The notes: generated by a model not told the origin, from the letters alone. Positions 36,330 to 47,540 are shown, counted from the first letter of the stretch. The stretch: 50,069 bases of DNA from an uncultured Anaerolineales bacterium (GCA_964415605.1 CAYQBA010000006.1:1-50069); one strand, 5' to 3'. Program-made: numbers and translations.

Positions 36330-37118
36330 TCAAAGGCCGCGCGGAACGGCGTCCTTGGCGGCGAACTCCACGAACCGGTAGCCCACCCCGCGCTCGGTCA
36401 GGATGTAACGCGGATGCGCGGGATCGGGCTCGATCTTCTGCCGCAGGTAGGTGACGTACAGCCGCACGTAGTTGTCCTGCCCGACGTACTCCGGGCCCCA
36501 GACCCGTGACAGGATCATGTCGTGGGTCAGGAGCCAGCCAGCGTTCTGCATCAGGTGGTAGAGCAGCCGCCACTCGGTAGGGCGCAGCTTGACGCGGGTG
36601 CCGCGCACGACGACCTCGCGCGTCCCGAAGTCGACCTCGAGGTCGTCGTCGACGTGGATCAGGCGTCGGTCCGTCGGCGTCTGCACCCGCCGGAGCACCG
36701 CCTGCGCGCGGCTGACGAGCTCGCCGGGGCTGAAGGGCTTGGCCATGTAGTCGTCGGCGCCGAGGTCCAGCCCGTGGATGCGGTCGCGCTCGTCGGCCTG
36801 CACGGTCAGCATGATGACCGGGACGTCCGAGACCTGGCGCAGCGCCCGCAGGGTCTCGAAGCCGTCCATCCCCGGCATCATCACGTCGAGCACGACAAGG
36901 TCCGGGAGGTGCTGGCGAACCTGCTCCAGCGCGGCGCGGCCGTCGTGAGCCTCGATGACCCGCGCACCCTTCATCTCGAAGTGCAACCGCGCGAACCGGA
37001 TGATGCGCTCCTCGTCGTCGACGAGGAGCACCAGGCGCCCCGCCAGGTTGGACTCGGCGCCGGCGCGGGTGGGCGGGGCATCCATGCCGCCGAGGCTCTG
37101 GTCGCGGCCGGCGGTCAT
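36330..37118 (-). CDS. OmpR/PhoB-family response regulator
   Basis: ATG at 37118 makes an ATGA overlap with the kinase stop. Receiver LVLLVDDE...[14 protein letters not shown]...DDYMAKPF. Winged helix [10 protein letters not shown]. Confidence 0.95.
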   Translation of the reverse strand: MTAGRDQSLGGMDAPPTRAGAESNLAGRLVLLVDDEERIIRFARLHFEMKGARVIEAHDGRAALEQVRQHLPDLVVLDVMMPGMDGFETLRALRQVSDVPVIMLTVQADERDRIHGLDLGADDYMAKPFSPGELVSRAQAVLRRVQTPTDRRLIHVDDDLEVDFGTREVVVRGTRVKLRPTEWRLLYHLMQNAGWLLTHDMILSRVWGPEYVGQDNYVRLYVTYLRQKIEPDPAHPRYILTERGVGYRFVEFAAKDAVPRGL

Positions 37119-39001
37119 GTCGGCGCCTCGTCGGCGGCCGCGCCCTCGGGCGCCGGTCGCCCGTCGCGGCCCGCGTCCGGGCCGGGCTCGGGTGTACGCG
37201 CCGGGGCCGCCGGGGGCGGCGCATCGGACGCCCAGGCGGGCAGCGTGACCGTGAACGTGCTGCCGCGGCCCGGCTCGCTCGCCAGATCCACCCGCCCCCC
37301 ATGCGCTTCGACGATCGCGCGCGTCATGTAGAGCCCCAGCCCGGCCCCGCCGCCGCCGGGCGTGGCGCGCTCGAAGCGTTCGAACACCCGGGCCTGGTCG
37401 GTCGGCGCGATGCCGCTGCCGTGGTCGCGAACCTCGACCTGCACGCGCCGGCCGCCGTCGACCGCGGCCACCCGCGCCTCCACCGCGCTGCCCGGGGGCG
37501 AGTAGGCCACGGCGTTGGCCAGCAGGTTCTGCAGCACCTCGTGGATGCGCAGGGGATCGGCGTGCACCGGCGGCAGGTCGACGGCGACGTCCAGCGACCA
37601 CGGTCGACCGGGATGCGCGCCGCGGAACGCCTCGACCACCCGCCGGACCTCGGTCGCGAGGTCGACGACGTGGCGGTCGAGCCGGAGCGCGCCGGACTGC
37701 AGCCGCGCCGCCTCGAGGAGCTGGTCGACCATGCGCGTCATGTGCCCGGTCTCGTCGAGGATGACGTCGATGGCCTCGCCCGCCAGCGCGTCGTCGGACC
37801 GGATGTGCGGGTGGCGCAGCGTCTCGGCGAAGCCGCGGATCAGCGACAGCGGCGTCTTGAGCGCGTGCGACAGCCCGGCCAGGAACGCGCGCTTGGCGTC
37901 CTCGGCCTCCTTGTAGCCGGTGAGGTCCACCACGTCGGCGACGTACCCCGCCGGGTCGCCGTGCGGGCTCGGCAATGCGGTCAGCGTGAGCTGCACCCAG
38001 GCCCCGGGCGGCCCGCCGCCGGCCCGGCGGACGAAGCCGTGCACGCTGGCCGTCCCGCCCGCCCCGACCGGCAGGGCGACGTCGACGGGGTGCCCCTGCG
38101 GGTCCACCAGCGGCAGGCTGGCGCGGATGTCGCGCCCCGTGAGGTCGGCCCCCGGCTGCCCGGCCAGCAGCGCCGCCGTGGGGTTGTGGGCGCGGATGGA
38201 CCCATCGGGCGCCACCAGGAGGCTGCCCGCTGGGCTGAACTCGACCAGCGCGCTGAGCCGCCGCTCCCGCGCCTGCAGCCGGGCGTGGGCGTCGGCGTTG
38301 TGGATGGCGACCGCCGCCTGGTCGGCAAACGTCTGGAGCAGCTGGCCGTCCAGCGGCGTGAAGGCCGCCGCGCCCTCCGAGCGGAAGACGAAGATGCGCC
38401 CGATGATGCTGTCGCCGATCTGGAGCGGCAGCGCGAGCGCCTGCCGCCCCACCTCCGAGCCCGACCCGAGCTCGACCACGGCCACGTCGGTCCCGGCCGC
38501 GGCGGTTGCCAGCCGCGCGAGCGGCGCCGCCGCGGCGGGGTCGGGAAGCCGCATGAGGTCGTGGCGGGTCGCGGTCGAGGCGATCTGCCCGCCGCCGCCG
38601 GCAGGCGGGGCGGGGTCGAGGCCGGGGGATGGCGGCGCCTTCGCGCGGTCCGCGCCGATGCCCGCGGTCATAGACTGCCCCTGCGCGGCCGGCGCGGGCA
38701 AGTCCGCCGTCTCCGGCGCCGCCGGGTCGAGCAACGGGTGCAGGTGGTGCTGGAAGCGCTCCTCGAGCTGGAAGCTGGCCGCCACCTGCAGCTCGCCGTC
38801 GGGCTGGCGCAGGGCGATCGCCCCCGCCTGCCCGCCCGTCATGGCCACGGCGGCCCGGATCACACGCCCGAGCACCTGCGGCAGGTCCAGGTCGGCGTTC
38901 AACGCCCGGGCGACCGACAACAGGTAGTCGCGTTGACGCACCCGCGGGTCGGGGGCGGGGTCGGGGGCCGGCAGGGCGGTCGGGGTCATCGCGGTCGACA
39001 T
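37115..39001 (-). CDS. sensor histidine kinase (GAF-PAS-HisKA-HATPase)
   Basis: ATG at 39001. GAF-like N-terminal region, PAS-like [25 protein letters not shown]-box [16 protein letters not shown], and N/G boxes [22 protein letters not shown]. Confidence 0.93.
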   Translation of the reverse strand: MSTAMTPTALPAPDPAPDPRVRQRDYLLSVARALNADLDLPQVLGRVIRAAVAMTGGQAGAIALRQPDGELQVAASFQLEERFQHHLHPLLDPAAPETADLPAPAAQGQSMTAGIGADRAKAPPSPGLDPAPPAGGGGQIASTATRHDLMRLPDPAAAAPLARLATAAAGTDVAVVELGSGSEVGRQALALPLQIGDSIIGRIFVFRSEGAAAFTPLDGQLLQTFADQAAVAIHNADAHARLQARERRLSALVEFSPAGSLLVAPDGSIRAHNPTAALLAGQPGADLTGRDIRASLPLVDPQGHPVDVALPVGAGGTASVHGFVRRAGGGPPGAWVQLTLTALPSPHGDPAGYVADVVDLTGYKEAEDAKRAFLAGLSHALKTPLSLIRGFAETLRHPHIRSDDALAGEAIDVILDETGHMTRMVDQLLEAARLQSGALRLDRHVVDLATEVRRVVEAFRGAHPGRPWSLDVAVDLPPVHADPLRIHEVLQNLLANAVAYSPPGSAVEARVAAVDGGRRVQVEVRDHGSGIAPTDQARVFERFERATPGGGGAGLGLYMTRAIVEAHGGRVDLASEPGRGSTFTVTLPAWASDAPPPAAPARTPEPGPDAGRDGRPAPEGAAADEAPT

Positions 39002-39176
39002 GGGCGTTCCTGGCTCGCCGCCGGGCCGTCCGGGGGAGCCGCGCGCCGCAAGCTTACGGCAACGCGGCGCGGCGGGCAACCCAGGGAAAGCGCTTTCTAG
39101 CGCATGTCTAGCGCCGCCGGCGGCTTGCTCGCGGCGGGCGGGGCGTACAATCAAGGGCGCGAGGAATCGAGCCATC

Positions 39177-40121
39177 GTGGAATACCGCGACTACTACCAG
39201 GTGCTCGGCGTGCCACGGGACGCCGACGAGAAGGCGATCAAGCGGGCGTACCGGCGGCTGGCGCGCCAGTATCACCCCGACCACAACCCGGGAGACGCCT
39301 CGGCCGAGACGCGCTTCAAGGCGGTCACCGAGGCCTACGAGGTGCTCGGCGACCCCGACAAGCGCGCCAAGTACGACCGCTTCGGCCAGGCCTGGCACCA
39401 CCACCAGCAAGGCGGCGGCGGGGGCTTCGACTGGGGCGCGTGGGCGCCCCGGGGCGCCGCGCCGGGGGGCGGGCGCACCTACACCGTCGACGACCTCGAG
39501 GGGCTCTTCGGCGGCCGCGGCGGCGGCGGAGGCGGCTTCTCGGACTTCTTCGACGCCCTCTTCGGCGGCGGGCGGCGCCAGGCGCCCGGCCAGCAGCGCG
39601 TGGCGGCCCGCGGCCAGGACATCGAGCAGCCGGTGACGGTCTCGCTCTACGAGGCCTTTGCCGGCACGACGCGGCGGCTGGTCAAGGATGACCGGCGGCT
39701 GGACGTCCGCGTCCCGCCGGGCGTGCGCACCGGGTCGCGGATCCGCGTGCGCGGCGAGGGCATGCCGGGCGCGGGCGGGCCGCCGGGCGACATCCTGCTC
39801 GTCGTCGAGGTCGAGCCCGACCCCCGCTTCGAGCGCGACGGCGACGACCTCCACACCACCGTCGCCGTGCCGTTGACGACGGCGGTCCTCGGCGGCGAGG
39901 CCCGCGTGCCCACGCTGGCTGGCGACATCACGCTCACCATCCCGCCCGGGACGCAAAACGGACGGCGCTTCCGGCTGCGCGGCAAGGGCATGCCCCGGCT
40001 CAAGGACCCCGCGCAGCACGGCGACCTCTTCGCCCAGGTCGACGTCCGCTTGCCGGCCGACCTCGGGCCGGAGGAGATCGCGCTGTTCGAGCAGCTGCGC
40101 GTGCTGCGGCCCGGCGCGTAG
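39177..40121 (+). CDS. J-domain co-chaperone of CbpA type (no zinc-finger region)
   Basis: GTG at 39177 follows [38 protein letters not shown], a G/F-rich linker, and DnaJ C-terminal beta domains. No CxxCxGxG repeats. Confidence 0.9.
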   Translation: MEYRDYYQVLGVPRDADEKAIKRAYRRLARQYHPDHNPGDASAETRFKAVTEAYEVLGDPDKRAKYDRFGQAWHHHQQGGGGGFDWGAWAPRGAAPGGGRTYTVDDLEGLFGGRGGGGGGFSDFFDALFGGGRRQAPGQQRVAARGQDIEQPVTVSLYEAFAGTTRRLVKDDRRLDVRVPPGVRTGSRIRVRGEGMPGAGGPPGDILLVVEVEPDPRFERDGDDLHTTVAVPLTTAVLGGEARVPTLAGDITLTIPPGTQNGRRFRLRGKGMPRLKDPAQHGDLFAQVDVRLPADLGPEEIALFEQLRVLRPGA

Positions 40122-40257
40122 GGCAAGCCGGCCGGCGATCCGCCATTTCGCCTAGAGGACATTGCCGGTTTGGCCCTGGCCACCGGAGCGATCCTCGGTT
40201 ACACTCTGCCGGGCGCCCGCGTGCGGCGCTCGCCTCGTGTGACCAAGGAGGACTCCC

Positions 40258-40416
40258 TTGACCGATCGCAACCCCACGCCGGCGCACGGCGCCGGCCCGC
40301 TCGCGCCTGACGACGGCTACCCGCTGCGCGGGACCGTCGTGCTGACGCTGCTCTACCTGCTCCTCACCATCGTTGCCTGGGCGTACGTGTACTTCGTCAT
40401 GGTCGGGCGGGCCTGA
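40258..40416 (+). CDS. small single-TM protein, candidate ba3-type oxidase subunit IIa
   Basis: Not in the ORF track. TTG at 40258 lies 7 nt after AAGGAGG. 52 codons: (M)TDRNPTPAHGAGPLAPDDGYPLRGTVVLTLLYLLLTIVAWAYVYFVMVGRA. It ends 12 nt before the subunit II start. Confidence 0.6.
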   Translation: MTDRNPTPAHGAGPLAPDDGYPLRGTVVLTLLYLLLTIVAWAYVYFVMVGRA

Positions 40417-40428
40417 GGCGGCGCGGCG

Positions 40429-40971
40429 ATGAAGATCGACACCTACGAAAAGCTCTTCCTCGGGCTGACGGTCGTGGCGCTGGCATGCTTCATGGGCGCG
40501 CTGGCGGCCGCGGTCAACCGCCACGGCATCAGCCTGCCGCACCCGACGGCGCGCGTCGACCCCGCCGCGCTGCGTGCCGCCCCGCCCGCGCCCTTCGACC
40601 AGCTCGGGCTGGTCGACAAGGGCGGCGGCGCCTACGACCTCAACCTGCTGGCCGCCATGTGGCAGTACGAGCCGTTCTTCCCGGACAAGATGGAGGAGGG
40701 CGTGCACGTGCCCGCCGGCGCGACCGTGACGTTCAACGTCAGCTCGCCGGACGTGATCCACGGCTTCAAGATCAAGGACACCAACGTCAACATCATGGTC
40801 ATCCCCGGCCAGGTCAGCACCGTCACGCACACGTTCGACGCGCCCGGCGAGTACACCGTGCTGTGCCACGAGTACTGCGGGGCCGGACACCACCGGATGT
40901 ACCTCAAGCTCCACGTGGATCCGCCCGCGGCGGCGGCGGGCGACGCCCGCCAGGCGGGAGGTGAGTCATGA
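40429..40971 (+). CDS. cytochrome c oxidase subunit II (short, single-TM, CuA)
   Basis: One TM helix, cupredoxin fold, and CuA ligands HGF...CHEYCGAGHHRM. Confidence 0.93.
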   Translation: MKIDTYEKLFLGLTVVALACFMGALAAAVNRHGISLPHPTARVDPAALRAAPPAPFDQLGLVDKGGGAYDLNLLAAMWQYEPFFPDKMEEGVHVPAGATVTFNVSSPDVIHGFKIKDTNVNIMVIPGQVSTVTHTFDAPGEYTVLCHEYCGAGHHRMYLKLHVDPPAAAAGDARQAGGES

Positions 40972-42623
40972 CCACGGCCACCGCCTTCACCTTGCCTCGG
41001 CAGGACCAGCGGTACATGCTCTGGCAGGTCTACCTCGGCCTCGCGGTGTTCATGTGGGGCATCTTCGCCGGGCTCGCCCAGGCCCTGGACCGCGTGCTGC
41101 CGGCCACGAGCACGTTGTGGAAGTTCTTCCCCGGGCAGGAGACCTACTACCAGGGACTGACGGCGCACGGCGTGTTCCTCGCCATCGGGTTCACGTTCGC
41201 GTTCTCCAACGGCTTCATGCTCTTGGTGGTGGCACGCTCGTTTGAGAGGGCACCCAACCGCGCGGTCACCGCGGCGTCGTTCTGGTGCATGGCCGTCGGC
41301 GCCGTGCTGGTGGCCGGGACCATCATCCTCGGCAAGGCCAACGTGCTGTTCACGGCCTACCCGCCGCTCATGGCGCACCCCTTGTTCTACGTCGGCCTCG
41401 TGCTCGTGGTGGTCAGCACCTGGCTGACCGGTCTGGGCGGCGCGCTGATGTACCGGGGCTGGCGGCGCGACCACCCCGGCGCGCGCACGCCGCTCCAGGC
41501 GTTCGCGTTCCTCGCCACGTACGCGATGTGGTTCATCGCCTCGCTCGGCGTGGCCGTCGAGGTGCTCGGCCTGCTCCTGCCGTGGTCGCTCGGGCTGTTC
41601 GACAAGATCGACCCGCAGCTTGCCCGATCGCTGTTCTGGTTCAGCGGGCACCCGATCGTGTACTTCTGGCTCCTGCCGGCGTACCTGAGCTGGTACACGA
41701 TGATCCCGCGCCAGGTCGGCGGCAAGCTGCTCAGCGACCCGCTGACGCGGCTGGTGTTCCTGCTGTTCCTGCTGCTGTCCACGCCGACCGGGCTGCACCA
41801 CCAGTACACCGACCCCGGCATCGACACCTGGCTCAAGAACATCCACCTCGTCGCGACGATGGCGGTGTTCTTCCCGAGCATGATCACGGCCTTCAGCGTG
41901 TGCGCGGCGCTGGAGTCCGGCGGGCGGGCGCGCGGCGGGCGCGGGTGGTTCGGGTGGATCCGCAAGCTGCCGTGGGACGACCCGAGCGTGACGGCGCAGA
42001 TCCTGGCGATGATCGGCTTCACGCTCGGCGGGCTGAGCGGCCTCGTCAACGCCAGCTACGTGATGAACCTCGTCGTGCACAACACAGCGTGGATGCCGGG
42101 CCACTTCCACCTGACGGTCGGCACCGGCGTGGCGCTGTCGTTCATGGGCATCAGCTACTGGCTGATCCCGCACCTGACCGGGCGCGGCCTGGTCTGGCGG
42201 CGGGCGGCGGTGGTCCAGGCCTGGTTGTGGCTGATCGGCGTGTTCACGTTCTCGCGCGGCCAGATGGCCGGCGGTCTGGAGAGCCTGCCGCGCCGCATGA
42301 GCGTGTCGCAGATGACCTACGGCGCCGACAACCCGGCGTGGCAGGTATCGCACCTGCTCACCGGCATCGGCGGCACGATCATGTTCATCTCCGGCCTGAC
42401 GTTCGGGCTGATCATCCTGTGGACCGTGCTGCGCGGCCCGGCCATCGCGCCGGTCGCCATGCCGGTCGCCGACGCGATGGTGCACGGGCCGGACGAGGGC
42501 TGGCCGGTGCTCGAGCGCTGGCCGGTGTGGATCGGGCTGGCGGTGGTGCTGATCCTGCTCGCCTGGGGGCCGTTCTTCCTCACGTACGAGTGGAACATGG
42601 TGTCCACCGGTGTGATGCCCTGA
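40968..42623 (+). CDS. cytochrome c oxidase subunit I (B-family/ba3-like)
   Basis: ATGA overlap with the subunit II stop. Polytopic, with heme-copper blocks GHPIVYFWLLP, HHQYTD and MPGHFHLTV. Confidence 0.95.
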   Translation: MTTATAFTLPRQDQRYMLWQVYLGLAVFMWGIFAGLAQALDRVLPATSTLWKFFPGQETYYQGLTAHGVFLAIGFTFAFSNGFMLLVVARSFERAPNRAVTAASFWCMAVGAVLVAGTIILGKANVLFTAYPPLMAHPLFYVGLVLVVVSTWLTGLGGALMYRGWRRDHPGARTPLQAFAFLATYAMWFIASLGVAVEVLGLLLPWSLGLFDKIDPQLARSLFWFSGHPIVYFWLLPAYLSWYTMIPRQVGGKLLSDPLTRLVFLLFLLLSTPTGLHHQYTDPGIDTWLKNIHLVATMAVFFPSMITAFSVCAALESGGRARGGRGWFGWIRKLPWDDPSVTAQILAMIGFTLGGLSGLVNASYVMNLVVHNTAWMPGHFHLTVGTGVALSFMGISYWLIPHLTGRGLVWRRAAVVQAWLWLIGVFTFSRGQMAGGLESLPRRMSVSQMTYGADNPAWQVSHLLTGIGGTIMFISGLTFGLIILWTVLRGPAIAPVAMPVADAMVHGPDEGWPVLERWPVWIGLAVVLILLAWGPFFLTYEWNMVSTGVMP

Positions 42624-42658
42624 CGGCACGGCGGTCGGCCCGACCGCCGCGCGCAAGC

Positions 42659-42705
42659 GATGACCCCGCGGGGCTCCCGGACGTCCGGAGCCCCGTGGGG
42701 TCATC
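42659..42705. terminator. 19-bp hairpin between convergent oxidase and pcm genes
   Basis: GATGACCCCGCGGGGCTCC pairs with GGAGCCCCGTGGGGTCATC (one G-U pair). A smaller hairpin lies at 42630-42648. Confidence 0.7.
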
Positions 42706-42717
42706 TGTGTTGGCGGC

Positions 42718-43398
42718 CTACCATCCCGCGGCCCCGTCGTCCGGCCAGCCCTCGGCGCCGACAAGCGGCACGAACCGGACCGGCCCGAAGTCCTCCATGG
42801 TGAACGCACCGCCCGCCGTCCGCGTCACCCGCACCAGCGCCTGCTCGTCGACGGTCGCCCCAACGGGCATGACGAGGCGTCCCCCGACCGCCAGCTGCGC
42901 CTTGAGCGTCTCCGGCACCACGGGACCGCCGGCGGTGACGACGATGGCGTCGTACGGCGCGTGCTCCGGCCACCCCAGCGTCCCGTCTCCGCAGCGGACG
43001 TGGACGCGCGCCAGGCCCAGCGCGGCCAGCCGCTCGGCGGCCCCGGCGGCCAGCTCGGGCTGGCGCTCGACGCTGTAGACCGCGCCGGCCAGGTGCGCCA
43101 GGATCGCCGCCGCATAGCCCGAGCCCGTGCCGATCTCGAGCACCCGGTCGCCGGGGGCGAGGCGGAGGAGGTCGGCCATCACGGCCACCACGTAGGGCTG
43201 CGAGATGGTCTGGCCGCCGCCGATCGGCAGCGGCTGGTCGAGGTAAGCCCATTCGGCCAGCACGGGGTCGACGAACCGCTCGCGCGGGACGGCCAGGAAC
43301 GCGCGCAGCAGGCGCGGGTCGTCCAGCCCCCGGCCGGCGATCTGGGTCCGCACCATCTCCGTCCGCTGCCGGTCGAGCGACCGGTCGGCGTCAGCCAC
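42718..43398 (-). CDS. pcm: protein-L-isoaspartate O-methyltransferase
   Basis: GGGQTISQPYVVAVM, VLEIGTGSGYAAAILA and DAIVVTAG. GTG start at 43398 is uncertain (alternative ATG at 43353). Confidence 0.92.
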   Translation of the reverse strand: MADADRSLDRQRTEMVRTQIAGRGLDDPRLLRAFLAVPRERFVDPVLAEWAYLDQPLPIGGGQTISQPYVVAVMADLLRLAPGDRVLEIGTGSGYAAAILAHLAGAVYSVERQPELAAGAAERLAALGLARVHVRCGDGTLGWPEHAPYDAIVVTAGGPVVPETLKAQLAVGGRLVMPVGATVDEQALVRVTRTAGGAFTMEDFGPVRFVPLVGAEGWPDDGAAGW

Positions 43399-43419
43399 CG
43401 CACCGCCCCGCCCAGGCGC

Positions 43420-44580
43420 TCACTCGCCGCTCTTGACGTCGGTCCAGAGCTTGTCCCACAACGGCAGGGCGTCGCCGATGTCCTCGATCGCCTGACACTT
43501 GGCGAGATCGGCGGCGGGCGGGTTGGTGGCGGGATACGCCATGTAGGCCGCGTGCAGCTCCGGCTCGGCCGCGGCCAGCGCCGCCAGCCCCGCCGTGTTG
43601 GGGTTGGAGTACGGGAAGTCGCGCGAGATCAGCATGCTCATGTCGGGGCGCAGCACGAAGTCGATGAACGCCAGCGCCGCGTCCGCGTGCGGCGGGTCCT
43701 TGGGCATGGCCAAGTTGTCGAACCAGATGCCGCAGCCCTCCGCGGGCAGCACGTAGGCGATGGCGGGGTTCTCGCGGTGGGCCAGCGCCGCCTCGCCGTT
43801 CCACACCACGCCGGCCTTGACGTCGCCCGCCAGCAGCGCGGTCTTGGGGCTGTCGCTGTCGAACAGGCGGATGTTGGGCTTGAGATCCACTAGCTTGGCC
43901 TTGGCCGCGTCGAGCGTGGCCGGGTCGGTGCTGTTGCGGTCGTGGCCGAGGGTCATCAGGGTCAGCCCGATGACCTCACGCTCGTCGTCGACCATCACCA
44001 GGCCCTGCGCGAAGGCGGGGTCCCAGAGGTCGGCCCAGGCCGTGACCGGCCTGGTGACGGCCGCGGTGTCGACGGCGATGCCCACCGTGCCCCACTGGTA
44101 CGGCACCGAATGGGTGTTGCCGGGGTCGTAGGAACGGTCGACGAACTGCGGGTCGAGGTTGCCGAAGTTGACCAGCGCCGTCTTGTCGAGCGGCTCCAGC
44201 ATGCCCTGCTTCGCCATCACCGACACCATGTAGTCGCTCGGCAGGATGACGTCGTAGCCGGTTGCGCCGGCCTGCATCTTGGCCAGGAGCTCCTCGTTCG
44301 ACGAGAACGCGTCGTAGTTGACCTTGACGCCGTACTCGGCGGTGAACGCGTCCAGGAGATCCTGCGGGATGTACTCCGACCAGGCGTACAGGTTGAGCTC
44401 GGTCGACGTCACCGAGTGGGCCGCGCCGGGCCCGCCGGCGGGGGCGGCTGCGCCGTCCGAAGATGGCGACGTCGGGGGCGCGGTCTGGGCCGGCGGCTCG
44501 GTGGCCGGGGCCTGGCAGCCTGCGGCCGCCCAGGCCAGGGCGAGCACGGCGAGCGCGCGGGAAAGGGACGGCGACGGCAT
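43420..44580 (-). CDS. potD: spermidine/putrescine ABC transporter substrate-binding lipoprotein
   Basis: Lipobox LALAWAAAGC. PotD/PotF-like blocks: LNLYAWSEYIPQDLLDAFTAEYGVKVNYD and VPYQWGTVGIAV. Confidence 0.88.
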   Translation of the reverse strand: MPSPSLSRALAVLALAWAAAGCQAPATEPPAQTAPPTSPSSDGAAAPAGGPGAAHSVTSTELNLYAWSEYIPQDLLDAFTAEYGVKVNYDAFSSNEELLAKMQAGATGYDVILPSDYMVSVMAKQGMLEPLDKTALVNFGNLDPQFVDRSYDPGNTHSVPYQWGTVGIAVDTAAVTRPVTAWADLWDPAFAQGLVMVDDEREVIGLTLMTLGHDRNSTDPATLDAAKAKLVDLKPNIRLFDSDSPKTALLAGDVKAGVVWNGEAALAHRENPAIAYVLPAEGCGIWFDNLAMPKDPPHADAALAFIDFVLRPDMSMLISRDFPYSNPNTAGLAALAAAEPELHAAYMAYPATNPPAADLAKCQAIEDIGDALPLWDKLWTDVKSGE

Positions 44581-44621
44581 GGCTTCTCCTCCTCGTTCGA
44601 GAGCGGGTCAAGGCGATCCGG

Positions 44622-45452
44622 TCACCGCGCGGCGGCCCGCTGCGGCGGGCGGCCCACCCACTGCGCCACCAGGAGGGCCGCGAAGACCACGGCCACCCAC
44701 AGCGTCGACAGGGCGTTGACCTTGGGGGTGACGGCCTGGCGCAGCATGGCGTACACCCGCAGCGGGAGCGTCGTCGAGCCCGGGCCGGCGGTGAACAGCG
44801 TGATGATATAGTCGTCGAGCGACAACGTGAACGCCAGGAGCGCGCCGGCGACGACCCCCGGCAGGATCAACGGCAGCGTGACGCGCCGGAACGTGCGCCA
44901 CTCGTCCGCCCCGAGGTCCATGGCGGCCTCTTCGAGGCGCCGGTCGAAGCCGGCCAGCCGCGCCCGGACCGTCAGCGTGACGAACGGGACCGAGAACGCC
45001 ACGTGCGCGATCGTGATCGTGCCCAGCCCGAGCCGCCAGCCGAGGCCGAGCGCGTCGTTCAGCCACGCGAAGGCCTGGGCGAAGAACGCCAGCATGGCGA
45101 TGCCCATGACGACCTCGGGGATGACCACCGGCACGTACAGCGACGCCTCGGTGAGCGACCGGCCCCGGAAGCGGTAGCGCTGCAGCCCCAGGGCCGCCGC
45201 GGTGCCGATGACGGTGGCCAGCGCGGTGGACGCGGCGGCGACGACCAGGGTGTTGCGGGCAGCCGCCCGGACGAACCGGTCGTCCCACAGATCGGCGTAC
45301 CACTGGAGCGTGAAGCCGGTCCACTCGACCCCGAACTTCGAACGGTTGAACGAGTAGACGACGAGGATCACGATCGGCCCGTACAGGTACGCGTAGCTCA
45401 GGAGCGCGTACAGCCGGAGGCCGGGCCCCGGGGCATGCCGCGGGTCGCTCAC
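44622..45452 (-). CDS. potC: polyamine ABC transporter permease
   Basis: C-terminal 276 codons of track ORF 44622..46124. GTG at 45452 makes a GTGA overlap with the potB stop. EAA-loop EEAAMDLGADEWRTFRRVTLP. Confidence 0.88.
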   Translation of the reverse strand: MSDPRHAPGPGLRLYALLSYAYLYGPIVILVVYSFNRSKFGVEWTGFTLQWYADLWDDRFVRAAARNTLVVAAASTALATVIGTAAALGLQRYRFRGRSLTEASLYVPVVIPEVVMGIAMLAFFAQAFAWLNDALGLGWRLGLGTITIAHVAFSVPFVTLTVRARLAGFDRRLEEAAMDLGADEWRTFRRVTLPLILPGVVAGALLAFTLSLDDYIITLFTAGPGSTTLPLRVYAMLRQAVTPKVNALSTLWVAVVFAALLVAQWVGRPPQRAAAR

Positions 45453-46333
45453 GCCGCCAGATCCTCGGCCGAGCCGAACACCCGCGTGTACAGCAGCGTC
45501 ACGCCGAGCGTCAACACCAGCATGACCATCGAGGCCGCGGCCCCGAGCGGCCAGTCCCGCGCCCGCAGGAACTGGTTGTTGACGAGGTTCCCGATCAGCA
45601 CGGTCTGGGCGCCGCCCATGAGGTCCGGCACGACGAACATGCCCATCGCGGGCACGAACACCAGCACCGAGCCGGCCACGATGCCGGGCAGGCACAGCGG
45701 CAGCGTCACCCGCGCGAAGGCGCGCCACGGCCGCGCGCCGAGGTCCGCCGCGGCGTCGAGCAGCGACAGGTCGAGCTTCTCGATCGACGCGTAGAGCGGC
45801 AGCACCATGAACGGCAGGAACTCGTAGACCATGCCGATCAGCACGGCGCCCGGGGTGTAGAGCTGGATGCGCGCGAACCACGGCTCGGCCCAGCCGGGCA
45901 GGAGGCCGAAGGTGCCCAGGATCGCCGCCAGCACCCCCTTGCCGCGCAGGATGATCATCCAGGCGTAGATGCGGATCAGGAAGTTGGTCCAGAACGGCAC
46001 GAGGATGAGGAAAAGGTACAGCCAGCGTCGCCCGGGCGGCGACAGCGCGACGAAGTACGCCAGCGGGAAGCCCCCCAGCAGGCACGCGGCGGTGGTCACG
46101 GACGCGACGCCGATGGACCGCCACAGGATGCGGGCGTACTCCGGCGCCGCCAACGCCCGGTAGTTATCCAGGCTGAAGCGGTAGACGACCTCGCCGTAGG
46201 TCCCGCGGTCGGCAAAGCTGATGACGACCATCAACGCCAGCGGCACGAGCAGGAACAATCCGAGCCAGAACATGATCGGGCCGACGAGGAGGATCCCCTT
46301 GAGGTCGTCGCGCTCGCGGATGGTCTGGAGCAT
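45449..46333 (-). CDS. potB: polyamine ABC transporter permease
   Basis: ATG at 46333 overlaps the potA stop (TGATG). EAA-loop LDAAADLGARPWRAFARVTLP. Confidence 0.88.
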   Translation of the reverse strand: MLQTIRERDDLKGILLVGPIMFWLGLFLLVPLALMVVISFADRGTYGEVVYRFSLDNYRALAAPEYARILWRSIGVASVTTAACLLGGFPLAYFVALSPPGRRWLYLFLILVPFWTNFLIRIYAWMIILRGKGVLAAILGTFGLLPGWAEPWFARIQLYTPGAVLIGMVYEFLPFMVLPLYASIEKLDLSLLDAAADLGARPWRAFARVTLPLCLPGIVAGSVLVFVPAMGMFVVPDLMGGAQTVLIGNLVNNQFLRARDWPLGAAASMVMLVLTLGVTLLYTRVFGSAEDLAA

Positions 46334-47451
46334 CACGCCCCCAGGAGCAGTGCGTTGGCGGCGCGCCACGTCAGCCACACCCGCTCGCCGCGGCTGAAGT
46401 ACGCGTCCGGGTCGAGCGTCGAGAGGTCGTTCTGCTCCCAGACCGACAGGACCAGGCGCGGGCTGACGCGCACGACGACGCGCGTGTCGGACCCGATGTA
46501 GGCCACGTCCTCGACCTGGGCCGGCACGCAGTTCATGGCCGGGGCGGCCGGCGGCGGCGCGGTGCGCGCCAGGATCTTCTCGGGCCGGACCGAGTACGCC
46601 ACGCGCTGGCCGACGGCGAGGGCGCCCTGGGGCAAGCCGGTCAGCGCCAGATCTTCGCCGTCGACCGCCACCGTGCCGAGGTCGCCGCCGAGCGCGGTGA
46701 CCGTCGCCTCGAGGAAGTTCGTCTCGCCGATGAAGTCGGCCACGAAGCGGCAGCTCGGCCGCTCGTAGATGACGGCCGGCGCGTCGATCTGCAGGAGGCG
46801 CCCGCGGTCCATGACCGCGATGCGGTCGGACATGCTGAGGGCCTCCTCCTGGTCGTGGGTCACGTACACGAACGTGATGCCGACCCGCTTCTGCAGCGCC
46901 TTGAGCTCGAGCTGCATCTCCTTGCGCAGCTTGAGGTCGAGCGCGCCGAGCGGCTCGTCGAGCAAGAGCACCTCCGGTCGGTTGACCAGGGCGCGTGCCA
47001 GGGCGACGCGCTGCTGCTGCCCCCCGGACAGCTGGCCGGGCTTGCGATCGGCCACCTCGGGCAATCGCACCATCGCCAGGGCCTCGTCGACCCGCGCGCG
47101 GATCTCGGCGGCCGGCCGCCGGGCCATCTCCAGGCCGAAGGCAACGTTCTGGTGGACGGTCAGGTGCGGGAAGAGCGCGTAGCTCTGGAACACCATGTTC
47201 ACCGGCCGCTGGTAGGGCGGCGTGTCGCCCATGACCCGGCCGTGGATGACGATCTCGCCCGCCGTCGGGCGCTCGAAGCCGGCCAGCATGCGCAGGAGGG
47301 TGCTCTTGCCGCAGCCCGACGGCCCCAGCAGCGCGAAGAACTCGCCGTCGGCGATGGCGAGCGAGACGTGATCGACGGCGGTCACGCTGCCGCCGCCGGG
47401 GCTGGGGAAGACCTTGAGGGCGTCGCGCACTTCGACGGCGACGTGCGACAC
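46333..47451 (-). CDS. potA: polyamine ABC transporter ATP-binding protein
   Basis: GTG at 47451, 5 nt after GGAG. Walker [10 protein letters not shown], signature LSGGQQQRV, Walker B LLLDEP, and a C-terminal TOBE-like domain. Confidence 0.92.
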   Translation of the reverse strand: MSHVAVEVRDALKVFPSPGGGSVTAVDHVSLAIADGEFFALLGPSGCGKSTLLRMLAGFERPTAGEIVIHGRVMGDTPPYQRPVNMVFQSYALFPHLTVHQNVAFGLEMARRPAAEIRARVDEALAMVRLPEVADRKPGQLSGGQQQRVALARALVNRPEVLLLDEPLGALDLKLRKEMQLELKALQKRVGITFVYVTHDQEEALSMSDRIAVMDRGRLLQIDAPAVIYERPSCRFVADFIGETNFLEATVTALGGDLGTVAVDGEDLALTGLPQGALAVGQRVAYSVRPEKILARTAPPPAAPAMNCVPAQVEDVAYIGSDTRVVVRVSPRLVLSVWEQNDLSTLDPDAYFSRGERVWLTWRAANALLLGA

Positions 47452-47511
47452 GGGCGCTCCGCGGCGTGGGATCGGGTTCGGCGCCGAGGGCCGCCCGGCC
47501 GCCGGCTGGGG

Positions 47512-47540
47512 ATAATATCGGCCCGCCGGGTGGGTGTCAA
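47512..47540 (-). promoter_or_regulatory. candidate promoter TTGACA-N17-TATTAT for the pot operon
   Basis: On the minus strand, TTGACA (47535-47540), a 17-nt spacer, then TATTAT (47512-47517), about 60 nt upstream of the potA GTG. Confidence 0.55.
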
